DNA from: Bigelowiella natans CCMP2755
Taxonomy: Eukaryota > Protista > Cercozoa
Direction of reading: 5' to 3'
Assembly: GCA_000320545.1 (NCBI GenBank)
Contig: ADNK01001981.1
Location: forward strand, 1-57,196
Length of the DNA stretch: 57,196 nucleotides
Shown in pieces: positions 50,202 through 57,196 of the stretch; within the stretch, counting starts at the first letter, position 1; each line of letters begins with the position of its first letter. The position numbers were made by a program, and so were the translations under genes. The notes below the pieces were generated by a model. That model was not told the origin of the DNA and did no database searches. It was given only the letters and a program-made list of their open reading frames with translations.

Positions 50202-51579
50202 TATTTACAATACACATCCTTCTTCACCTGCTCATCATCATCATTATTCTATTCAATTATTATCATATTGCTCATGTAATACTACTACACATAAGAAACA
50301 ATACACAATACTAATTATAATTAACACATTGTACGAAATTGAAATTCTCTTTGATAAAAACCTTTCCTGATGATTCTGATCCATTAACTCCATTAAATAC
50401 TGAGCAAAACGTGGCTGAACCTGCAACAACATCAACAACAACGACAACACCAATAATATTAATAGTAATCATAACTCACCATCATCAACAATAACAACAA
50501 TGTATTCACTTCTCCATCAATACTATGTATTATTATGCTCCTGCTACTTATCGTCGTCGTTATCACGAACAATTCACTCACTACTTCTGATGTATACGTA
50601 TTCGATGTTGATAAATAATGAACGAAATAACTATCACCATCGTCGATTGCAAATGATGCTTAAAGGAGTACTACCTTTTTCAAGGCCTCCATATATCGAT
50701 TTTGTCCTTCCCCCTCCCCTCTCTTTGTGCTGCCTTGGACGGTAAGCTCCTTCGTCGCTGGTACTTGTTTAGTGATGCTGGTAGTTATATCATCAGGACG
50801 ATGACAACCTTGACCATTTTCTTGTTGTTGTTGTTGTTGTTGTTGTTGTTGGTTATTGCTCTCAACATCATGATCATCATAAGATTTAGAGCTTGAAATT
50901 AGTCGTCTTCTTCTACCATCGTTGTTTGTGCAGCAGCTCAAGCTATAAATAATGCCTGACAAAGGAATTGTGGTAACAGGAGTTAGAAGCCTCGTAGTAG
51001 TAGTAGTTGTTCTGCTGCTGTCCAAAACTGCTGTCGTGGTCGACTTAATAGTCGTCTTGATATGTTTGGTGCCTCCACCTATAACAACACCGCCATCCTC
51101 TCCTCTTCTTCTTCCTCCTCCTCCTCCTCCTCCTGGTGTTGCTGCTGCTTCCTGCTGCTGCTGCTTCTTCTTCTCCTTGTTGTGGTGATCACAATTCCAC
51201 ACAACCCAGTTAGGAACTTGTAGGTTCCAAACAGTGATGTTTGGTTTGGTATTTGAGGCGGTATAGAGGAAGACTTGATGCTTGTCAATCCTCCTCATCT
51301 TCCCAAAATCTCCTTCACCCTTCTTTGAATTCTGACGACTCCGCCCCTTTTGCTTCTGCTGCCTTGAATAGTAGGAGGAGGAGGAGGAGGAGGAGGACGA
51401 GGAGAAAGAGGGCTGGATGGTATTGTGTCCAACATATCCATTGCCATTTCGTCCTCCATCTCCCCTTCCTCCTCCTCCTCCTCCTCCTGCAGCAGCAGCA
51501 GCAGTACTAGTAGTAGGAAATGGTGCTGGTGGTGATGAGAAAGAACCCACCGATGCTGCAATCATCACCCGCGGCTGAA

Positions 51580-51613
<34 letters not shown>

Positions 51614-52856
51614 CTCGATAGGAGGAGATCCTACTGATGATTGTAGCTTCTCCATTGCAATTGGTTGCGTCTTTCTCGAGTCCCAGATATGAATGTATTC
51701 CTTGCTCCCAGAGACGAACAAGTATCTGCTGCTACTGCTACTACTACTACTACTACTACTACTGTTATCATCCCTTCCTCCTCCTCCTCCTCCTCCTCCT
51801 CCTCGTGGTGGTCGTGTTGTCCCACCAACACATAGGAGACTCAACACAGGTGATGTTGTCCAAAACTCACGTGTGAGCTGTAGTGACTTATGCTGCTTGC
51901 TGCTGCTGCTGCCATCAATGAGTAGTGACCAAATCTTTATCTTATTGTCTGAACTTCCTGAAATGACACTTCTCCCATCATGAGTGCACACCAGTGTATT
52001 TATTTTGCTGTTGTGTGCATTCTCCTTCGTTGACACCGTGTTAACAACCACAGTGGTGGTGGTGGTGGTGGTGGTGGTGGTGGTTGTGCTGCTGCTGCTG
52101 CTGTTGGCCTTCTGTATATTCATCCTGAACATTCTTAAGCTTCCATCTTCACAACCACTGATAAAATGTGTCCCATCTAGGGTACAAGCAATGCTCGTTG
52201 TGGCGTGGCAAGTAGCACTGTAAATGCTTCTGCTATTAGTAGTAGTTACTTTAGTACAACTACTCCCATTAGTGGTGTCGCCGCATGGAAGATAACCCAC
52301 CAAAGACAATTTTTCTACATCAAAAATCTTGTAGCACGGTCCTCCTTCTTGTTGTCGTTGTTTTTCTTTTTCTTCTTGTCTTTCCGAACCTTGATATGCC
52401 ATCATCGGATTGATAGATGTTGCTCTCTCCGCATCACCTGAGCTGCTGTCTAGGGCGACGATCAGGAACTGCTGCCTTCCTAATCCTCCTCCTTTTTCAT
52501 TATTATTACGATTCATAGATGCTGTGTGTGTTGTACTATAACACGAAGAAGCAGCCATCGCCCTAACTGGTGTGTAGCATGGCAGACTACCTACGAGGAG
52601 GTGATGGTAGCTGCTGATACTATTATTATTGCTGTTGCTGCCCTCGTCAGCACCAGCTTCATTAGAAAGTTTCCACACATTTATTGTAGACTTTAACCCC
52701 CCCCCATTACTACTACTACCTCTCATCATCATCTGCTTCTTTCTCTCTAAGCTCTTTGTGGTATTGGTATTTGAATTGTCCATGTAGGTAGCAGTGATGA
52801 CACGGGTGCTGCCGTCTCTCGTGCAGAGTGCTATGTGCTCGGCATGTAAGAAGGAC

Positions 52857-52889
<33 letters not shown>

Positions 52890-53511
52890 AATGTACTACT
52901 ATCAGGCTGCTGGTGCAACAAAACACTGTAATTATGCTTTTTCGGTGTTGTCGTCATCTGGGAGAGGAGAGAAGCGATTGGCCTCTTACGACTACTAGCA
53001 CTTCTACTGCTGCTGCTGCTGATATAATTGCTGGCCATCTTCCTCTCATCGGAGACATCCCATATACGAATGTTATCGTCCTCCATCCACTGACGATTTA
53101 CCATCTAACAATAACCAAATCAATGCTGTATACTTTTTATTTCAATGTCGTTGATTCGTGTTCGTTCGTTCACAACACTGCCATTGCCATAATCTCATAT
53201 CTACTCCAATCCCTTCTCGTAATAGAAGGAAATCTCTCCCTGATTCATTGCAATTCATTGGAATGGTACTTTTACACTACTTACCCGATGAGATAAAGCC
53301 GATGATGCTAGTGACGATGATGATCCTTAGTTGTGACAACAAAAAATAAAAAAAAGTCTCCAATGAAAGAGGCATGGTGATAATTATTGAAGAGTAAAAT
53401 TCCAAAGGCGAACTACAACGCCTATAGAAAGGTCGAAATGTTGCATTGATTCAAGATTTCAACTGTTCAAATATTCGTCTTCCATGCGATCGATCATACA
53501 TATGTTCATTG

Positions 53512-53542
<31 letters not shown>

Positions 53543-53871
53543 AGGATTGTGTACAGCAGCAGCAGCAGCAGCAGCATTTGTAATGGTACGTACTATGATG
53601 AGGAGTAGGACAACCAAAGGTCCATAGTGCTGGATGATAATGATGATGAGAAGAAAGAACGGACAAAATGAGCAAATAAACACAACAGTTGGAATCTACG
53701 TCATCAAATTCCACGATTAGCAATCGTCATCATCATCATCATCATAGCTATCACTACTTGTACTCTTAGCCAGTAATACCTTCCGCTAATTTTCGAGTAT
53801 CCTTTTTAATCCATTTTTCTATACTACGAAGAGTCACCTAGGACGAGAAGAAATGATAATGATGATGATGC

Positions 53872-53908
<37 letters not shown>

Positions 53909-55500
53909 AAGAACGACTGATAGTTAATGAATATGACAATTGGAGGAGACAATATTTACAGGATTGTTGAAGGAGTAGAGAAAGATAAGGGAAAAGAAAC
54001 TACACCCGCATATAGAGAATGCACTCATTGCATATCGTCATCATCATCATTTATTTTTAAAATGATGCAGTTTGCACATCAAAAATGAATAATACTTCCT
54101 CGTTTGGCTGCGTCTTTCTCGTAGGAGGGTCAACATATCCCATTTCAATCATTACGTCTCGAATGCTCTGGTCAATGGTTTCTAAAAACTGATCACAGAT
54201 GACATCATAATCATCTTTAGGTGCCGCTGTGTACTCTATTAGAAACTTGTAAGTTTCCACCACCATCATCAACCTCTCCTCCTCATCATCATGATTACTA
54301 TCACTACCACCAACAAACAACAACTGATATCACGTACCCCCTTATTTGTTGTTGTCTTCTTTTTGGTGCCACCAGGCTGTATCAAACCGGGAGGAGGTTG
54401 TTGATCCACAACGGGGGGCTTGCCTGTGTTTTCAGCAATATTTTTTCTAGTGATAAATGATGATCTTGCTAACGCTGCAACGTCTGTTTGGTGCGACTCC
54501 ATCCTCCCTCCATTTCTTTTTGATTCGTTGTCTTCATTGTAAGAAGTGTTCCTCCTCGACGACCAATTTCGTATGCCAGGAACCGGGCCAGTCTCAGATT
54601 TTGTCCTGATGAATTGACCGTCTGCGGTGCAGTATATATATTATCAATGTTCGGGAGTACATTCATGGTGCAGTAGAAGGGGAAAATATCGCAATTTATG
54701 CCAGGAATGAGACAATTTTAGGGCTAATAAATGCAAATTGAAACACGTGTAATAATATATCACAGCAGCAGCAGCGGAATTAGTGCAGCAACAAAGGGGA
54801 AACAGCAGCATCTTACTACTACTCAACTCCTTTCGGAAATCATCTGACGCTATATTTATTTTCTATTCACTATACCAGGTCTAAAACCGGCGGGATGAGG
54901 CTCCTCAGGGGTTCCTCTTAATTTGGCCGCCATCACAGTGCTATTGTGCTGCTGTTCTCCAAATGGGTGCACGTGGTGGTGGTGGTGGTTTGTTGCATTA
55001 TTATTACCACTGCTTCCCGGATTCACAATTTGAAACTCGATGTCTTGGCGTACGGAGCCTACATTGGCATCGAAGTTGGCATTGAAGAGAGAGTTGCCTA
55101 GATAATGATGATGGAGGAAATGAGTGCAACTTAAAGCTCAATTCCGATTCTTAATATTAAGCACGGTTTACCAGGCACGCTTGTGTCTTCCACTGGGTAC
55201 CCCTAAGTTTAAGGAATTAATAATAATCATTGGTGTTATCTTAATCGATGATGACCCACATCTACTGCCATGTAGTTCTTTAGTGTGGCTACTACTACCG
55301 GTTGTTCAATCTTCACAGGCACACTGAAGCTGGAGTCCGCTCCATCCACCACGCGTCTATTCTCCCTAGACCATTCTCTGTGCAATGGATCAAGATTGCT
55401 GAATGTTGAAGACCTTTGCATAGATGATTCTTCTTCACCCATTGCTTGATTCGAAAACGATCCCTTTGAAAGAATCAGAGGTATCAAACATCGAGAGGCT
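47655..55500 (-). CDS. Probable multi-exon gene(s) surrounding the WD40 exon; boundaries and linkage uncertain
   Basis: Coding-like segments with splice signals at 47655-47890, ~50350-50420, 54095-54255, 54470-54666 and 54880-55100. Confidence 0.4.
50660..53104 (-). CDS. Large exon encoding WD40 repeats interrupted by homopolymeric runs
   Basis: 814-aa ORF with TSIACTLDGTHFISGCEDGSLRMF, AHNSKINTLVCTHDGRSVISGSSDNKIKIW and LFVSGSKEYIHIWD. Confidence 0.8.
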
Positions 55501-57196
55501 AATTCTGAAGACGAACTAATTATACATTGATTGAATCCTGGGGCTGCTCAATCCTCTGCCTTTTACTCAAAGGAGCAGATTGGTCAGCGTTTGGATTTGT
55601 TGAACGACTCAAGTTGTTATTCTTATCCTCCATCTTCCTGTCTTCTCAATAGGAAGTGCGTGTGCACGCTCTCGGTCCTTGTCCTTCTCCTCCGCGTTGT
55701 CCTGGGATCTTATCTGTTCTTCTCGGAGCGACAACAGATCTACCTTGTCGCATAATTGCAACAACAATAAAATTCTTCTTCTAGGAGATTATTGGTATTG
55801 TGTATGTCGCTCTCCAAAAACGTATCCCATTTGGTACAGAAGTTGTCGCTCCTTGGGTCAGATCTACCGGCTACCCAAGTTGCACTTGCATGTGATGATG
55901 AGCTCTACGATAGCAGCACCTCCTACAATGACGAATGATAATCTTGTGATCATGATGATTATGACAGTGATGATAGTGACCACATTTATGATTGTGACTA
56001 TGATAAGAAACTTTTATTTGAACAGAAAACGTGCACAGCAGTACCACCACTCCAAGAAGCTGGCAACACTACAGAGGAGCGTGCACCACGATCAAAAGAA
56101 CACAGCATCATCTACAACAAACCGCCAAACAAAAAATGACTCTTTGAGTTTGTTCCCAGACTGATCAATGGAGTTAGCAATCGCAACGACGACAAAAACT
56201 ACATGGTCGAACGGGCCATCACGAAAACAAAACGTGCTCGGAAACTTCTTCAAAACTACCATCACTAGTCGAAGTCCTGGCCGATCACCACGTGCATGGC
56301 TGCTGACCCTACCATCTGGGGGTACACAAACACACTTACCTTTACTAAAATATTCAGAGGGAAGGAGTGAGAATAGAAACACGCACATTGTATATTTTCA
56401 GCCTACACAGTAGCGCGTACCATTAAAAAGGAGGAGGGCACAACATCAGATAAAGGCAGAGAAGGAAGTCTATCCAATGAAAGAAAGGGCCCATTATTTG
56501 ACCTTGTTCATTGCAAAGAGATGCATGTTAAAAGGTAATAATAGCTTATTGGATGTTAATAAGTATTCTCGTACATGATCTGGCTTCGTTCATCCTTGTA
56601 TGGCCTAAATATGATGGATGACCCAATTAGGATTCTCTCTTCTCATGCAATGTTAAAAGGATCTCAACATTGCAAGAATGATGAGACTAAGGTGATATGA
56701 TCCTTTGGATGACTGTGTAATATAATTGCGCCTCAAACAACCTTCATGTTGTTGCGCTTCTTCTGTAATCCGTAACAGAGCAGCACTGCCAGGTTGATGA
56801 TTTTGAGCGCTTGGGAACAATCTCTCATGTTCTATCATCAAAATCACGAAGGAGGAAGCGTGGGTACTACGTTAGAATACCTTCCAAAATTGTTAAGGAG
56901 AGTGTGTGAACAATGTGAGAATGAAAAAAGTTGTTTGACTGAAAAGGTATTATTAATGTTTAGGAAAACGACCTCTCATGATAACAACACTCCTCCTTCA
57001 GGACAGCACTCACAATAAATTCTGCGTACATACACATGTTACAGAGCTTCCAAAAGTCGCGAAGGTGTGTTTCAATGGAATGGTCATCGCCAATTTCACG
57101 TGAGTGAGTGTGTGTGTGTGTGTGTGTGTGTGTCGACTTTCGGCCTATGTTGTAATTTATTAGAAACCAATCACTGTCCAATTTTTTCGGCTCTCC

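Overview
Eukaryotic (probably protist) genomic DNA in two compartments. About 480-19140 is a transposon cluster: a CACTA/EnSpm-type transposase remnant, two nested copies of one Ty1/Copia LTR retrotransposon family (copy 2 inserted into the 5' LTR of copy 1, with both 5-bp TSDs visible), and a LINE RT fragment. About 19.2-57.2 kb holds intron-rich, microsatellite-laden host genes: an IQCE-like coiled-coil protein, EDC4/Varicose, a NodH/Stf0-like sulfotransferase, a DH-domain RhoGEF and a WD40 protein. The main finding is that all three transposon classes have been almost completely stripped of TpA by TA>TG / TA>CA transitions (A:T>G:C, both strands). Conserved Tyr became Cys in one copy and His in the other, the two LTRs of each element diverged in situ at TA sites, a less-edited patch preserves the ancestral state, and surviving TAs are nearly all in CTA/TAG context, while host genes are spared. 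This looks like a repeat-targeted hypermutation system of opposite polarity to fungal RIP ('reverse RIP'). CTAG-rich intergenic islands may be its end state. Counts are by eye, the mechanism is inferred, and no responsible enzyme is recognisable in the window.
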